In this document: positions 29,567-40,255 of the stretch, piece by piece
Numbering within the stretch: position 1 is the stretch's first letter
Layout of the letters: the number at the start of each line of letters is the position of its first letter
Assembly: GCA_963682135.1 (NCBI GenBank)
Contig: OY821645.1
Span: 96,001-160,000, forward strand
Source: Methanothrix sp.
GTDB lineage: Archaea > Halobacteriota > Methanosarcinia > Methanotrichales > Methanotrichaceae
DNA length: 64,000 nt
Direction: 5' to 3'
The notes under the pieces: model-generated
The model's database searches: none
What the model saw: only the letters and a program-made list of their open reading frames with translations
Told to the model about the DNA's origin: nothing
Position numbers and translations under genes: made by a program

Positions 29567-30783
29567 ATAATTTGCAGAATATACCCGAGGAGGCCACCCA
29601 CCAGAGCGCCGAAGGCCGTCGCTACGAGGTTCACGCCATTGTTGCTTAAAATGCCCCGGCTTTGCAGCGTTGCCCCGAGAAGGCTGTCAAAGTTCGTGCC
29701 CAGGAATCCGCCGATAGCAGCGACGACTATGCCGAAAACGCCTGCCATTCCCATGCCCGTGGCCAGCAGGCCGATGATAACGGCTCCGGCAAGAGAGGCG
29801 GCTTCGCCCAGAGGCGTTACGCCTCCATCCACACCCGGCTCTGTCTCTTTTAGAGTGGTTATCATGCGGGGTTTGGATCTACTGGTCTCACCAATCTCGC
29901 TGGCCAGAGTGTCCCCGTTGGCGGTAGCCACCGAGGCAATGAAGGCGAAGATGAAGACATCATTGCCATAGACTCCGTAGCAAATGGCCAGAACAAGAGG
30001 CACCAGGCTGTTGCTATAGACGTTCTTGTAGCCGCGTCTGCCTCCGTGAGACTGAGCTATTCCCAGCTTATGTTTATGGGAGTATCCGTAGCGAGTAAAA
30101 GCCCCTCCCAGCAAATAGAACGCGAGCAGAAGGATAAACCAGGAGATGCCGGCAAAGAGTATCACCAGCAGGCAGACTATGGTCTCGCTCAGCACGGCAT
30201 CCGAGTCCGCGGCTTTGGCCCAGTAGGCACCAATGCCCAGCACCAGGGCGAAGATGCAGATGAGAAGAATGCGCTGCAGCTCAGGCAGCGGGTAATCGAA
30301 AGAGAAGAGCCACATCACCATAGCGGTGCCAAAGGGTACTGTAAAGTCCCGCTCTTTGGAGACGTGATGCAGAAAAGCTCCGGAGAGTCCTCCCAAGATG
30401 ACCAGGAACAGTATCCTCTCAGAGGAGAGACTGCCTGCGGAGATCAGGCTCGCGACGGGATAGCCCAGACCAACATTGATGAGCAGATACATGATGCTGC
30501 CCGTCAGGGAATCGAACTTGCGAAAAGCGAGAGGGGCAAACGTTGAGGCCACAAAAGAGATGGCTATGACGTATTCCGGCAGATTGGTGTCCGTGAGTAT
30601 AAGCGCCGGCCTCATGATGAGCAGCATGGCCAGGGATGCACAGAGCAGGCGAGATCCCCGGTCCAGGAAGAATACGGCTGCTAGGGGAATGACTGTGAAA
30701 GAACCGGCATAAGGCAGCAACAGGACCATCAATCCGATAGCTATCCGGGCTATATCTTCCCGCTCCATAGGACTACATGACAA
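29563..30783 (-). CDS. DUF92/TMEM19 family membrane protein (TIGR00297-like)
   Basis: GRRGYKNVYSN, DTLASEIG, PGVDGGVT..G, DSLLGATLQ, NN.VN motifs. Confidence 0.88.
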   Translation of the reverse strand: MSCSPMEREDIARIAIGLMVLLLPYAGSFTVIPLAAVFFLDRGSRLLCASLAMLLIMRPALILTDTNLPEYVIAISFVASTFAPLAFRKFDSLTGSIMYLLINVGLGYPVASLISAGSLSSERILFLVILGGLSGAFLHHVSKERDFTVPFGTAMVMWLFSFDYPLPELQRILLICIFALVLGIGAYWAKAADSDAVLSETIVCLLVILFAGISWFILLLAFYLLGGAFTRYGYSHKHKLGIAQSHGGRRGYKNVYSNSLVPLVLAICYGVYGNDVFIFAFIASVATANGDTLASEIGETSRSKPRMITTLKETEPGVDGGVTPLGEAASLAGAVIIGLLATGMGMAGVFGIVVAAIGGFLGTNFDSLLGATLQSRGILSNNGVNLVATAFGALVGGLLGYILQII

Positions 30784-30834
30784 TTTTCATTGCAAAAATA
30801 CTTTGCCTATGGGAGAAGTGCATCAAGACCAACT

Positions 30835-31446
30835 ATGATTTACCGCCTCTACGAGCATCTCCTACAATCCAGGATCGCAAAGAGCAATCTGCCAGGCTGT
30901 GTAGCTGTTGTTCTTTGCAGCGGCGATCTATTGGATGAAGGTCTGTTGCGCCTTAGCCAGCTGCTGGAATGGAGCCGATCCATTGGTCTAACCTCCCTGG
31001 TGCTCTATGTGAACGATGATGCGCCCCTGCTTCTGCGCAAGATTGCCGCAGAGCTTGCGGCCGCGCCCGCCCAAATCAGCTTGCACACCGCAGAGGGCGT
31101 AGAGCAAACTGGCACCGGTGGCCCGCTCAAGGTAGTAATATCTCTGGGATTGGGAGGCAAGCGCGAGGTGACAGAGGCATTCCGAGGCATTCTCAAGGAG
31201 GTGGAAAAGGGAAATCTAAATCCCGAACAGATCGACGAAAAGGCCATTGAATCACATCTGCGATTTTCCCAGAAGCCTGATCTGGTGATTCGGGCGGGCG
31301 GAAAGAGACTGAGCGACTTCATGATCTGGCAGGCGGCTTATTCAGAGCTTTATTTTACCGATGTCAACTGGCAGGAGCTGAGAAAGATCGATTTCCTGCG
31401 AGCCATACGGGATTGCCAGAGAAGGAAGAGACGCTTCGGACGCTAG
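30835..31446 (+). CDS. cis-prenyltransferase (UppS)-like protein, probably a non-catalytic heteromer subunit
   Basis: PDLVIRAGG.RLSDFMIWQ..YSELYF and C-terminal RRFGR are present, but the N-terminal IMDGNRR motif is absent. ATG 30835 preferred over TTG 30790. Confidence 0.8.
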   Translation: MIYRLYEHLLQSRIAKSNLPGCVAVVLCSGDLLDEGLLRLSQLLEWSRSIGLTSLVLYVNDDAPLLLRKIAAELAAAPAQISLHTAEGVEQTGTGGPLKVVISLGLGGKREVTEAFRGILKEVEKGNLNPEQIDEKAIESHLRFSQKPDLVIRAGGKRLSDFMIWQAAYSELYFTDVNWQELRKIDFLRAIRDCQRRKRRFGR

Positions 31447-31467
31447 TCTACTAATATTCGGATATTC

Positions 31468-32112
31468 CTATGGCTTTGGTTTAGCAATGTCTTTCGCGGC
31501 AAGGATGGAAAGGAACCGGGCTGGAATCGTATCCGAGATGATGATATCATCGTTCACGGTCATCATCTTCACACCGGCCATTTGCGCCGCGGCGGCATCG
31601 GCCTGAATCACTCTGGGGTTGCCGGTACGAAATGTCGCTACATGCCAGGCTTTCTCGGGAGTGGTGGACAGATGAACATACCTTTGTGATGCAGATTTGA
31701 TGCCGATCTCCAGGATCCTGTCCGCTTCCTCTTCGCTTGCTCCATAATAGAGTTTGGGCAGCTTATTTTCCGGGTGATCAAGCTCCACATCTACAGAATG
31801 GCCATATCTGGCTCTGACTTTATCATCTACTATCTCATATCGCTGCTTGGAGTCAGACATTACGAGCGCAATCACCAATTCTTTGCTGGCCCAGCGATGC
31901 CTGCTCGTCACCACCTGGCCGAGCTTGTTGAGATCTACCCAACCGCGCGAGTCCATAACCAGGCCCAGGTCACCAGGGAAATGCCGCAGGCCTCCCGCGA
32001 CCAGCCGACCCAGCTGCTCCGTCTTGGTCTCATCCAAAAGAAGCTGACCGGCAGAGCCGCACTCGCAATGCTCTCCCCTGAAAAAACCGTGTTGAGGGCA
32101 ACGCTTGATCAT
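31468..32112 (-). CDS. kptA: RNA 2'-phosphotransferase (Tpt1/KptA)
   Basis: LRH, KQRYE, RARYGHS, RYVHLS motifs and an N-terminal CxxHG..C.CG archaeal extension. Confidence 0.93.
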   Translation of the reverse strand: MIKRCPQHGFFRGEHCECGSAGQLLLDETKTEQLGRLVAGGLRHFPGDLGLVMDSRGWVDLNKLGQVVTSRHRWASKELVIALVMSDSKQRYEIVDDKVRARYGHSVDVELDHPENKLPKLYYGASEEEADRILEIGIKSASQRYVHLSTTPEKAWHVATFRTGNPRVIQADAAAAQMAGVKMMTVNDDIIISDTIPARFLSILAAKDIAKPKP

Positions 32113-32205
32113 CTGTAGAACTCCTATCTCTCAAGGTAGACCTTCGCATAGATATATCTGACCGCTGAGCAAAGTCTCAAATATGTCCGCGCCAGATGAA
32201 CTTTT

Positions 32206-32421
32206 ATGCCCGACTCCAATGATGTCGAGAAAATGATATGCAAGATGCTTGATATGGGCGATGAGGAGTTATTGGCGGAAATGGAAAGGTCTTTCCGACT
32301 CTCGGATGAGCGCCACCAGCGGATCAGCGATACCCTGGAGGAGATGATGCTGGAAGTAGACCGACTCATCTCTAAAATTGACGAAATAGAGGACGAGCCG
32401 TTCGAAGATGAGGATGAGTAA
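32206..32421 (+). CDS. Small acidic hypothetical protein
   Basis: 71 aa ORF immediately upstream of and co-oriented with mptA; helical, acidic composition. Confidence 0.6.
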   Translation: MPDSNDVEKMICKMLDMGDEELLAEMERSFRLSDERHQRISDTLEEMMLEVDRLISKIDEIEDEPFEDEDE

Positions 32422-32432
32422 TCAAGCACAAG

Positions 32433-33395
32433 GTGACTTTAGTGGACAGCCTACCTGATATTCAAGCTTGCGAACCTGATTATCCCTTCAATTTAACCAG
32501 AGTGGGTGTGACCGGCGTCAAAAAGCTGGTGAAAGTTGAGCGAGGGAACGATGAGAGGCCCGTAGTTCTCATCTCCAACTTTGAGGTCTTTGTCGATCTT
32601 CCTTCTGACCGCAAAGGGGCCAATCTCTCCCGCAACTTTGAGGTGATCGATGAAGTTCTGGAAGAGGCCATAAACCGCCCTGTTTATGAGATCGAGGAGC
32701 TTTGTGGAGAGATTGCTAAGAGACTTCTATCCCGGCATGAGTACGCTTCCCGGGCGGAAGTAAAGATGAAAAGCGAGTACATTGTACGCAGACAGACACC
32801 GGTGACAAAAGTCAACTGCCAGGAAGTGGTGGACATCTTTGCCGAGGCGGTAGCCCGAGCCGGGCCCACCGGGTATGTGCGAAAGACTGTAGGGGCTGAG
32901 GTGCTGGGCATGACTGCCTGTCCCTGCGCTCAGGAGATCATGAAAGAGCAGGTTCGCCAGGAGCTGGCCAAAGCTGGGCTCTCTATGCAGGCGGCAGCAG
33001 AGCTTGCACAGCAGCTGCCCGTGGCCACGCACAATCAGCGCGGACGGGGCAGCATATCTGTTGAAGTTCATGACCGACGATGCGTTTCCATCGACCGGAT
33101 CATCAAGATCATTGAAGAGTCCATGAGTTCTAAAGTCTTTGGACTGCTCAAGCGTCCGGACGAGGCTGTGGTAGTGAAGAGAGCACACAGCAACCCGAAG
33201 TTTGTGGAGGATTGCGTACGAACCATGGCCCAGAAATTGGTCGAAGCATTTTCCGATCTTCCTGATGACGCCGCGGTGACCTTGAAGCAGATCAACGAGG
33301 AGAGCATTCACCAACATAATGCTTTTGCGGAAAGAACGGCAAAAATGGGTGAGCTGCGAGCAGAATTAGCTCGCGTTAAAGGGATTGATGAATAA
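32433..33395 (+). CDS. mptA: GTP cyclohydrolase MptA (FolE2 family; methanopterin biosynthesis)
   Basis: [51 protein letters not shown] motifs. Confidence 0.93.
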   Translation: MTLVDSLPDIQACEPDYPFNLTRVGVTGVKKLVKVERGNDERPVVLISNFEVFVDLPSDRKGANLSRNFEVIDEVLEEAINRPVYEIEELCGEIAKRLLSRHEYASRAEVKMKSEYIVRRQTPVTKVNCQEVVDIFAEAVARAGPTGYVRKTVGAEVLGMTACPCAQEIMKEQVRQELAKAGLSMQAAAELAQQLPVATHNQRGRGSISVEVHDRRCVSIDRIIKIIEESMSSKVFGLLKRPDEAVVVKRAHSNPKFVEDCVRTMAQKLVEAFSDLPDDAAVTLKQINEESIHQHNAFAERTAKMGELRAELARVKGIDE

Positions 33396-34170
33396 GGGAC
33401 TGAAAATGACTGAAATACAAAGCATAGCCGGTCCTCTCAGAGAGCTGCTCCAAGAGAGGGAGATCATATCCAGGTGTGAGCTTCTCCTTCGCACCTATGA
33501 TATTGTTCGGTCTGCAAAATTAAGCGACCAGGAGCGAATGGAGCTGGTCGAAACCGTGGGTGAGAGAATTGCCCCCGGCATCTTTGCGAGCATCATGAGC
33601 AAAGAGCCAGTATTTCCCGACCTGCCCAAGCTTGATACCTACACCCAAATCGATGGTCGCATCTTCCATTTTTCGCATTCCAAAAAATACAGCAAACAGG
33701 ACTTCAAAAAAGCAGCGGACATGCTTCTTGCCTCTCTTCCCGAGTTGAAGATCATCCTGCAACAATGCCTGGCGGATAGACTTACGGCTTTCATGAATGA
33801 AGCCGGGTACACCCTATCGGCACATAGCCCGCAAGAATTGACATTTTCAGCTGCAAAACGCAGGGCAAAGGTGTTTGTAGCCACAAGCGTAAAGTCTCTG
33901 GATATCAATAATTACACCACCGAGACGGGAATTGACTATATAATCCTGGTGCCAAGCAGCGAGACTTTGGAACCATTTGTGCAGTTCTTCCAAGAAAATG
34001 GACAAGCTGCAGAGGATAAATGTCTTAATATTTGGATAATGAACATGGAGAAGGGTACCATAGATCCATTTGTAGGTTATACTACCGATCTGGATATCTA
34101 CAATCAGTTCACCAATCCTCGTCTGGCAGAAATGGTGAGACTTAATTGGTCCCGGGGCAGCAGTCAATAG
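33385..34170 (+). CDS. Conserved hypothetical protein
   Basis: 261 aa ORF overlapping the mptA stop; C-terminal IDPFVGY..D motif; function unknown. Confidence 0.7.
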   Translation: MMNKGLKMTEIQSIAGPLRELLQEREIISRCELLLRTYDIVRSAKLSDQERMELVETVGERIAPGIFASIMSKEPVFPDLPKLDTYTQIDGRIFHFSHSKKYSKQDFKKAADMLLASLPELKIILQQCLADRLTAFMNEAGYTLSAHSPQELTFSAAKRRAKVFVATSVKSLDINNYTTETGIDYIILVPSSETLEPFVQFFQENGQAAEDKCLNIWIMNMEKGTIDPFVGYTTDLDIYNQFTNPRLAEMVRLNWSRGSSQ

Positions 34171-34317
34171 CTTGCTTGCCCGGGCATTTACATTTTTTGT
34201 TAATATTATTATAAGTTAATTGGCTTCCTGCTCTCGGAACTTTAGGCTAAGTATTATATAGATAGAGCACTCTAAAAAGAATGGAGAAAGCAAAATTCAT
34301 GGGGTGAGGTGGGGTGT

Positions 34318-35853
34318 ATGAAGTTTGATCTTAAGTTGTCAATCATGTTTCTGTTAATGATTAACACTGCCTTAGGTGCAGTAGGCGATGTGGGTATCTC
34401 GGATATGGATACAAATTCTTACCTATCAGAACAATCCGGCCAGGCATCGACGAACCAGCCATTGTTATCATCATACGGCAGTTCGTCCTATGGCAGTTAT
34501 ACCGCGCAGGGCCAGGATAATTCCCAGAGCCAACAATCCGCTTACCAGGCACCTCAGATCAGCGGGCCAATGCAAGAGCAAATGACTGCGGAGCAGCTGG
34601 GACTCTCCCAGCCGCAAATGGAGAGCTTCGCTCCCGACGGGAGTCTGGGTTTCGTGCCAGCCTCGCAGCCGGCCGACGCAGCTCAGATAATATCCGCGCC
34701 TGCGCAGTCTTCAGTTCCGTCTTCAACATCGTCTTTTGTTCAGGCGACATTTCCGGGTTCCAGCATCTGGTATTATCCCAGTTCTTTAGTTTCCGCCAAC
34801 AGATTCTATGTACAGACTGCTTCCGGCTTGAGAACGCTGGGAGGGTGCAGCTATAGAGGCTATCTTCCTCTTTGGGCGGATATCAAATCGAGCGGCAACT
34901 TTTTTGTCTATGAATGGTATCCCGGACGATCCACTCCCTCGGTGCGATGGTGGGGCTGGACAGGAAGTGGCTGGAAGAAAGGCTGGTTTTGCGGAGATGT
35001 CTCCGGCTGGCATATCCTCTGCTACAACAGCGGCATATGGTCCAACTACATCTACATTTATGTTTATCCCAGAGGCGCCACACTATCAGCGCCATCAGGT
35101 TACACAAGTGCCGCGTCAAGCATGAGCGCAGCATCTCTGCCCCTGAATGCGCCCATTGCTCCTGATCCGGCTGCCGAAAGGATTGTCTTGCCTGATTTCA
35201 ACCAATACAGGCCGATCACAGATCAGTCCTCTCAGAGTGGCTACAGTTATCCGGCGCAGGGAGGCGACCAGCTTGCTGTTTACCCCAGTTCAGCGAATCC
35301 CGCTTTGATCAACTCACCAAGTCAAGGCGCTTATGCTGGTGGGGCAATCCTTTCCGGCCAGGCAGGCACTTCAAGCAAAACCTGTACTACCTGTACAAGC
35401 TCCACAGTGATTACAGGCGGTGTTTCCAGCAGCTATCCCTATGAGACGGGTTGCCCAACCTGCGCCGCTCCAGCAAGCCAGAGCGCGCCTTACGGCTACG
35501 CTGCGCAAAGCTATCAAGCAGTCTATCCTGTGCCTTCTGTCTGCAGGTGCAATGAGTACTATGTCCAGAGCTGCCCGGGAAGGCTGGCAACAGTGGCAGG
35601 CGTATTTTGTGGGTCATGGCTGCCTCTCTGGTCTAAAGTAAGCCGGCCAGGTGCCTATTGGTCTTTTGAGTGGACGGCTTGTGGCAGCGGACCCGGCTAC
35701 TATTGCTCTCCTGAGATCAAGAACTTCGGCTACAAGAGCACTGGATGGTACCAGACCTGGTTTAAGGCAAATAATCCCGGTTGGCATATACTCAGCTACT
35801 GCTGCAATGATTGGTCCAACTACGTTTACGTCTATGTCTGGCCGGCAGACTAG
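34318..35853 (+). CDS. Secreted Ser/Gln-rich protein with two copies of a Trp/Cys/Tyr-rich beta domain
   Basis: Signal peptide ending ALG. Two homologous ~95 aa domains both end GWHIL.Y....WSNY.Y.YV.P. The linker contains CTTC and CPTC. Confidence 0.8.
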   Translation: MKFDLKLSIMFLLMINTALGAVGDVGISDMDTNSYLSEQSGQASTNQPLLSSYGSSSYGSYTAQGQDNSQSQQSAYQAPQISGPMQEQMTAEQLGLSQPQMESFAPDGSLGFVPASQPADAAQIISAPAQSSVPSSTSSFVQATFPGSSIWYYPSSLVSANRFYVQTASGLRTLGGCSYRGYLPLWADIKSSGNFFVYEWYPGRSTPSVRWWGWTGSGWKKGWFCGDVSGWHILCYNSGIWSNYIYIYVYPRGATLSAPSGYTSAASSMSAASLPLNAPIAPDPAAERIVLPDFNQYRPITDQSSQSGYSYPAQGGDQLAVYPSSANPALINSPSQGAYAGGAILSGQAGTSSKTCTTCTSSTVITGGVSSSYPYETGCPTCAAPASQSAPYGYAAQSYQAVYPVPSVCRCNEYYVQSCPGRLATVAGVFCGSWLPLWSKVSRPGAYWSFEWTACGSGPGYYCSPEIKNFGYKSTGWYQTWFKANNPGWHILSYCCNDWSNYVYVYVWPAD

Positions 35854-35960
35854 TCTTGTTGCGACTATTTCATTTTTTGCATCTCATCTTTTTGGGCGAT
35901 CGGTTTAAATACCGTGAGCTTGAACGAACTTCGGATTGATATTACCTCGGAGGATGTTTA

Positions 35961-36596
35961 TTGGCAAGAAGATCACAAAGAAAGGCTGAGAGCAGAAAGG
36001 CCAAGCAATGGTATAAGGTTGTAAGTCCGGAGATGTTCGGCAGAGTTCCCTTTGGTGAAACGGTAGCTAACGATCCGGAGAGGGTTGTGGGAAGGATCGT
36101 TGAGACCACCCTGGGAGACCTCACCAACAACTTCTCCAAACAGAACACCAAACTTAAGTTCAAAGTAGATCGCGTGGCAGGAGATTCGGCATATACCAAG
36201 TTCCTGGGCCATGAGATGACCACAGATTATGTGCGCTCCCTGGTCAAGAGGAGGACCTCGAGAATAGATTCCATTGTGGACGTAATCACCACTGATGGCT
36301 ACCATGTTCGGGTCAAGCCCAGTTGCTTCACAGTGAAGCGGGCGCGGGCCAATCAGGTCAAAAGCATCAGAGAGCTCTCCAAGAGAGTCGTCTTAGAGAG
36401 GTCAAAGAGTCTGGACCTAAACCAATTGATCCAAGAAGCTGTGGGTGGCAAGATCTCTTTGGATATCTACAAAGAGGCCAAGACTATCTATCCCCTCAGG
36501 CGCGTGGAAGTGCGCAAGACTGAGATCAAGTCCGAGCCAACCATGGCAACAGCAGCGCCTGCTCCCACACCGGAAGCTACGACAGCCCCATCTTAA
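35961..36596 (+). CDS. rps3ae: 30S ribosomal protein S3Ae (eS1)
   Basis: KQWY.V.SP, GRIVETTLGDLT, DYVRSLVKRRTSRID, IYPLRRVEVRK motifs; GGAGG RBS. Confidence 0.97.
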   Translation: MARRSQRKAESRKAKQWYKVVSPEMFGRVPFGETVANDPERVVGRIVETTLGDLTNNFSKQNTKLKFKVDRVAGDSAYTKFLGHEMTTDYVRSLVKRRTSRIDSIVDVITTDGYHVRVKPSCFTVKRARANQVKSIRELSKRVVLERSKSLDLNQLIQEAVGGKISLDIYKEAKTIYPLRRVEVRKTEIKSEPTMATAAPAPTPEATTAPS

Positions 36597-36845
36597 ATCT
36601 CATACGCCAAATCTAATGGCGATCTCCAGCGCCTTTCTTGCTGCGGAGCTTGAAGGGCGCGGTTAGAGATTTTTGTAGAATATAGCTTTGCTTTTTTAAA
36701 AAATCCCTCTCGTCTGAACAAAGGCGGTCATGTGATCATTCTTAAGGTCACTGATGCGGCTGGCGCCTCCGCCCAGGTAAGCGTCTTGGTAGAAGTGATG
36801 TTAGACGCAAAGTATTATAATACACTCTCGCGTAGCTAAAACGGC

Positions 36846-37313
36846 ATGACAAACGTCCCTGATATCCCCCTGGAGCAGATCCAGCAACGTGTAGTGGCCA
36901 TGTGGATGGGCAGCTTCTATGGCAGCAGCGGCTATGTGGCTCGCAAGCTCGGCAAGAAAGGTCTGCGCGAGTTTCAGGGTATCGGCGCTCATCAGGTAGC
37001 GGCCACATTTAAGCAGTTGGGCCTGGAGAAACCGGAAGATGTGGCTCTGGCCATGGCAACCAACGACAAGAACCTCTTCGGAAGCGTGGTGGAGGTCACG
37101 GAGAATAATGGCGTTGTGGAGATCAAACGTCATCGCTGCGGCTTGATGGAAGGCGCCAAATCCTTTGCTCGCATCGGGGCCGGCCTGATCGCTAAGGAGC
37201 ACTGCAAGACCTGCGTAGAAAGCCACTGGCAGAAGGTCTTCTCCAATCTGAAGATGAAGCTAGAAGTAGAACATACCGAGGACGGATGCATCATGAGAAT
37301 ATCAAATCAATAA
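36846..37313 (+). CDS. Hypothetical protein, possibly V4R/DUF6125-like with Cys ligands
   Basis: 155 aa with RC.L, C..C and a terminal C before a beta strand, a pattern seen in V4R-like small proteins. Confidence 0.6.
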   Translation: MTNVPDIPLEQIQQRVVAMWMGSFYGSSGYVARKLGKKGLREFQGIGAHQVAATFKQLGLEKPEDVALAMATNDKNLFGSVVEVTENNGVVEIKRHRCGLMEGAKSFARIGAGLIAKEHCKTCVESHWQKVFSNLKMKLEVEHTEDGCIMRISNQ

Positions 37314-37332
37314 ATTCAAAAATAAAGGGAGG

Positions 37333-37356
37333 ATCTGCATTACCAAAAATGCAGAT
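37333..37356. terminator. Hairpin between convergent genes
   Basis: Perfect 9-bp inverted repeat ATCTGCATT-ACCAAA-AATGCAGAT, with an A-tract nearby. Confidence 0.45.
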
Positions 37357-37430
37357 TCAGCCTCGCAAAAAAAATATTCTTTGCAAAGAATGATGCAGGG
37401 CTTGCTGGGGCTCTCTTCAAGACACTAATT

Positions 37431-38654
37431 TTATGCAGCTTTGCTTCGCAATTGAGCCGCTTTCTTCTTCATGTTCTGCTCAATGCGATCTTTATTAGCT
37501 TTCATCTTATCTCTGGCTTCCTTTACCTTTGCGGCTTGGCTCGATGCAGTCAATTTGCTATTCTTCAAAGAAGCACTCTTCGTTTTAGCGGTCTTTAATT
37601 TGATATTCTTCTTCGAGACTTTCGAGCTTTTTGCTTTATTAGCATTATCTGAGACTGATGCGCCATCGGTACTTGCACCGTTATCTTGACTAGTGACTTG
37701 CTCAGATTTCGGACTAATAGTCGGCTCTGTCTTGAACTCAATTATTGATACAGGCTCTCTTGCCGGGGTGTTTTCTGCGAGATTGGTTAAACTGCCGATA
37801 GCGGCTGATGGCAAGGATGTGAGAACCTCTGTGCTCGCGACCTCTGCTCCTTGAGAGTTTGCGCTCTCTTCATCGGACGGAACGCTGCTTTGTCCTTGGC
37901 TGGAAAGATCGCTGCTTGTGATCGTGCCATTCGCAGCATCTATCTGAGGCAGACTCACAGTGCTGTTAGCATTTGAGAATAAAGATTCTTGTTCTTGTGA
38001 ATTGTTCAGGGATTGATTAGTCGGCATTGGTACTATTGCAGTCTCATTAGTGGGCATTGGCACCATTGCAGTCTCATTAGTGGGCATTGGTACTATTGCA
38101 GTCTCATTAGTGGGCATTGGTACTGTTGCAGTCTCATTGGTCAGGTTGTTCATGTCGCTGCTTTTTTTTGCAGAGCTTGCAGAAGACGACGTGGAAGATG
38201 ACGAGCTATGATGTCTTGTAACGGGAGAGTTGCCGCTCTTTTCATTGACAGAACTCAGGGAGCTGCTGCTCGATGATTTGCCTGTGGCAACGACTCCCTT
38301 TGCGATCTGACCGGATGAGAGCGACACATTCATCTTCGAGAGGTTGGCAGGGCTTTGTTCCTTGGTTTGACTGCTCGTGTTTAGGGAAGAATTCGTGCTG
38401 ATATTTCCGCTATTCTCATTATCGCTCGCCGTAGATGGGATGCCGTTTTCCGGACCATTGAGATCAAGGCCAGCACCCTTGTAGTCTGGATTCGAAGCAA
38501 AAGAGACGAGATCGGATATGAGAAATATGGCCAGACCAGTCGTGCAAATCAACGCCAATATGATGAGAACGCTTATCAGCCTGGGATATTTATTTATTAA
38601 TTTTTCGCGAGCCAGACCATAGTAGGTGATGCTCGACCCCGCAAAGTCCTTCAT
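37431..38654 (-). CDS. Membrane-anchored Ser/Thr/Asn-rich low-complexity protein with a basic C-terminus
   Basis: One N-terminal TM, many N-x-S/T sequons, a decapeptide tandem repeat and a Lys/Ala-rich tail. Confidence 0.75.
   Translation of the reverse strand: MKDFAGSSITYYGLAREKLINKYPRLISVLIILALICTTGLAIFLISDLVSFASNPDYKGAGLDLNGPENGIPSTASDNENSGNISTNSSLNTSSQTKEQSPANLSKMNVSLSSGQIAKGVVATGKSSSSSSLSSVNEKSGNSPVTRHHSSSSSTSSSASSAKKSSDMNNLTNETATVPMPTNETAIVPMPTNETAMVPMPTNETAIVPMPTNQSLNNSQEQESLFSNANSTVSLPQIDAANGTITSSDLSSQGQSSVPSDEESANSQGAEVASTEVLTSLPSAAIGSLTNLAENTPAREPVSIIEFKTEPTISPKSEQVTSQDNGASTDGASVSDNANKAKSSKVSKKNIKLKTAKTKSASLKNSKLTASSQAAKVKEARDKMKANKDRIEQNMKKKAAQLRSKAA
38016..38138. repeat. Four tandem 30-bp coding repeats (NETA[I/M/T]VPMPT)
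   Basis: Unit ATTAGTGGGCATTGGTACTATTGCAGTCTC at 38016, 38046, 38076 and 38106, with few mismatches and no spacers. Confidence 0.92.
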
Positions 38655-38730
38655 ACATAAACAGATATTTTTTAAAGTTTATAACTTTTACGATCGATAA
38701 AAAATTTATTGAGTTATACTCTCGATCAAT

Positions 38731-39360
38731 CTAAGTGACAACAGGCATTCCTGCCGCCTGCCAGGCAGCAATTCCGCCCGAAAGGACGAATGCTTCGCGA
38801 TCTCCATAGACTCTCAGCGTCTGAACGGCAAAAGCGGCGTTGGTATCAGTCGCGCAGTAGACGGCTACCTTTCTGCCGGCAGGAATCATTCCCATCTGAG
38901 ATATGAGATTTTCCAAGGGGATGTTCAATGCTTCTGTAATATGGCCGGCCATGTATAGCTGCGGCGTCCTGACATCCACTATGGCCCAGTTCTTATCCTG
39001 GCTGGAAATGCTCAGGAACTCTGCAACGCTCATGAGATAGAAATCATTGTTCTTTGCCTCTTTAAGGAAGGAATCCGTCTTGACCATGTAGTCGGATGAC
39101 TGGCCCAGAGCCGAAGAGACCTGGACGGGGGATATGGATTCTACCGATGTGGTTTTCTTATAGGAATCATTAAGCGATGAAGTTGACCAAGGCTGGCCCT
39201 TATAGCTGTCTGTATTTGTTTTTTTCTCACTGAGGATCTGCTTATTCATTAGATCTACTTTGTCTTGATCATCCTGCACCTGGCTCTGTCCCCATGCACA
39301 TGTTTGGATCAGAAGGCAAGCCAGCGCTACTAAACAGAGTAATAGGTTAGTTGACCTCAT
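38731..39360 (-). CDS. Secreted rhodanese-domain protein
   Basis: Signal peptide; IVDVRT...Y..GHI..A.NIP, VYC and L.GG..AW motifs. Confidence 0.85.
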   Translation of the reverse strand: MRSTNLLLCLVALACLLIQTCAWGQSQVQDDQDKVDLMNKQILSEKKTNTDSYKGQPWSTSSLNDSYKKTTSVESISPVQVSSALGQSSDYMVKTDSFLKEAKNNDFYLMSVAEFLSISSQDKNWAIVDVRTPQLYMAGHITEALNIPLENLISQMGMIPAGRKVAVYCATDTNAAFAVQTLRVYGDREAFVLSGGIAAWQAAGMPVVT

Positions 39361-39584
39361 CTATAAACACCATTCACTACAGTATTTCTGCTCCTACTAA
39401 TAATGTTTGGCTTGCAGTCATAGCGCATGTGTGGGAAGCAACTGAAAACCTTTGGTCCATCTCAATCATTTTGTCTTACTAATATAATATTCATTATTCC
39501 TATATATAAAATGATGGTGCTGTAATTAAAACATTTGTTAAGTAAATTATATATACTGTAATAGACAAATTTAGCTGACTGAAG

Positions 39585-39959
39585 GTGAGTGGTATGAAGA
39601 AGTTCATTTGTAGAAACTGCGGCGCTTTAAATGTAGCATCGGAAGCGGATCTTAAAAGCAATGACGATTGGCTGCAATGTGCGCTTCCTCAGGGTTTCGA
39701 ATGGATTTTGCCTGCTGGGAAAATTACCCCTGTTATTGGCGAAGCGATATACATTTCCGGAATGGGGGAGCATCTCTCTCGCGAGGAATATTTAAATAAA
39801 CATGGCATTGATCCGGAAATTGCCTACAATCTGATGCGTGGAAACCATGGCTACCGATCCGCGTCGCGCAATCTTGCCGGATCGTCTCCAATAAAGAGTC
39901 AGATAAATACAAATAAAAAGGCTAAAAACTGGCTTGATGAGGATGACTGGACCTCATGA
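39585..39959 (+). CDS. Hypothetical protein with N-terminal CxxC
   Basis: 124 aa, FICRNCG; AT-rich TATA region upstream. Confidence 0.65.
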   Translation: MSGMKKFICRNCGALNVASEADLKSNDDWLQCALPQGFEWILPAGKITPVIGEAIYISGMGEHLSREEYLNKHGIDPEIAYNLMRGNHGYRSASRNLAGSSPIKSQINTNKKAKNWLDEDDWTS

Positions 39960-40255
39960 TGCCTAATAATAGCCTTGCTGCAATTTTATTCCTAATGAGA
40001 TTAGGGGGCAATCTCTTCACAAAGGCGGTAAATAGCCCCATTCTTTAGAGCGGCAACCTTCACTATCCCCGTGCATCTCCGATGCATAACCGTTTGGTAT
40101 TTCATGCATACCCTTTACACTTTCTTTTTTTGCGGCAAGACCAGTTTACCATGCTTTTCCCGTTGATATCTAAATCCAGGATTTGCCTGCAAGAAAATTG
40201 CTCATGATTAGATAGATTAAAATATGCATGTGAGGCAGTCACAATGCGCTGAGGA

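Noticed and set aside
38016-38138. 30-bp repeats as a CRISPR array
   Set aside because: The units are contiguous with no spacers, lie in frame within a CDS, and no cas genes are present.
40034-40053. IS200/IS605-type end-like sequence AGCCCCATTCTTTAGAGCGG
   Set aside because: It is degenerate, the hairpin is incomplete, and there is no tnpA/tnpB remnant.
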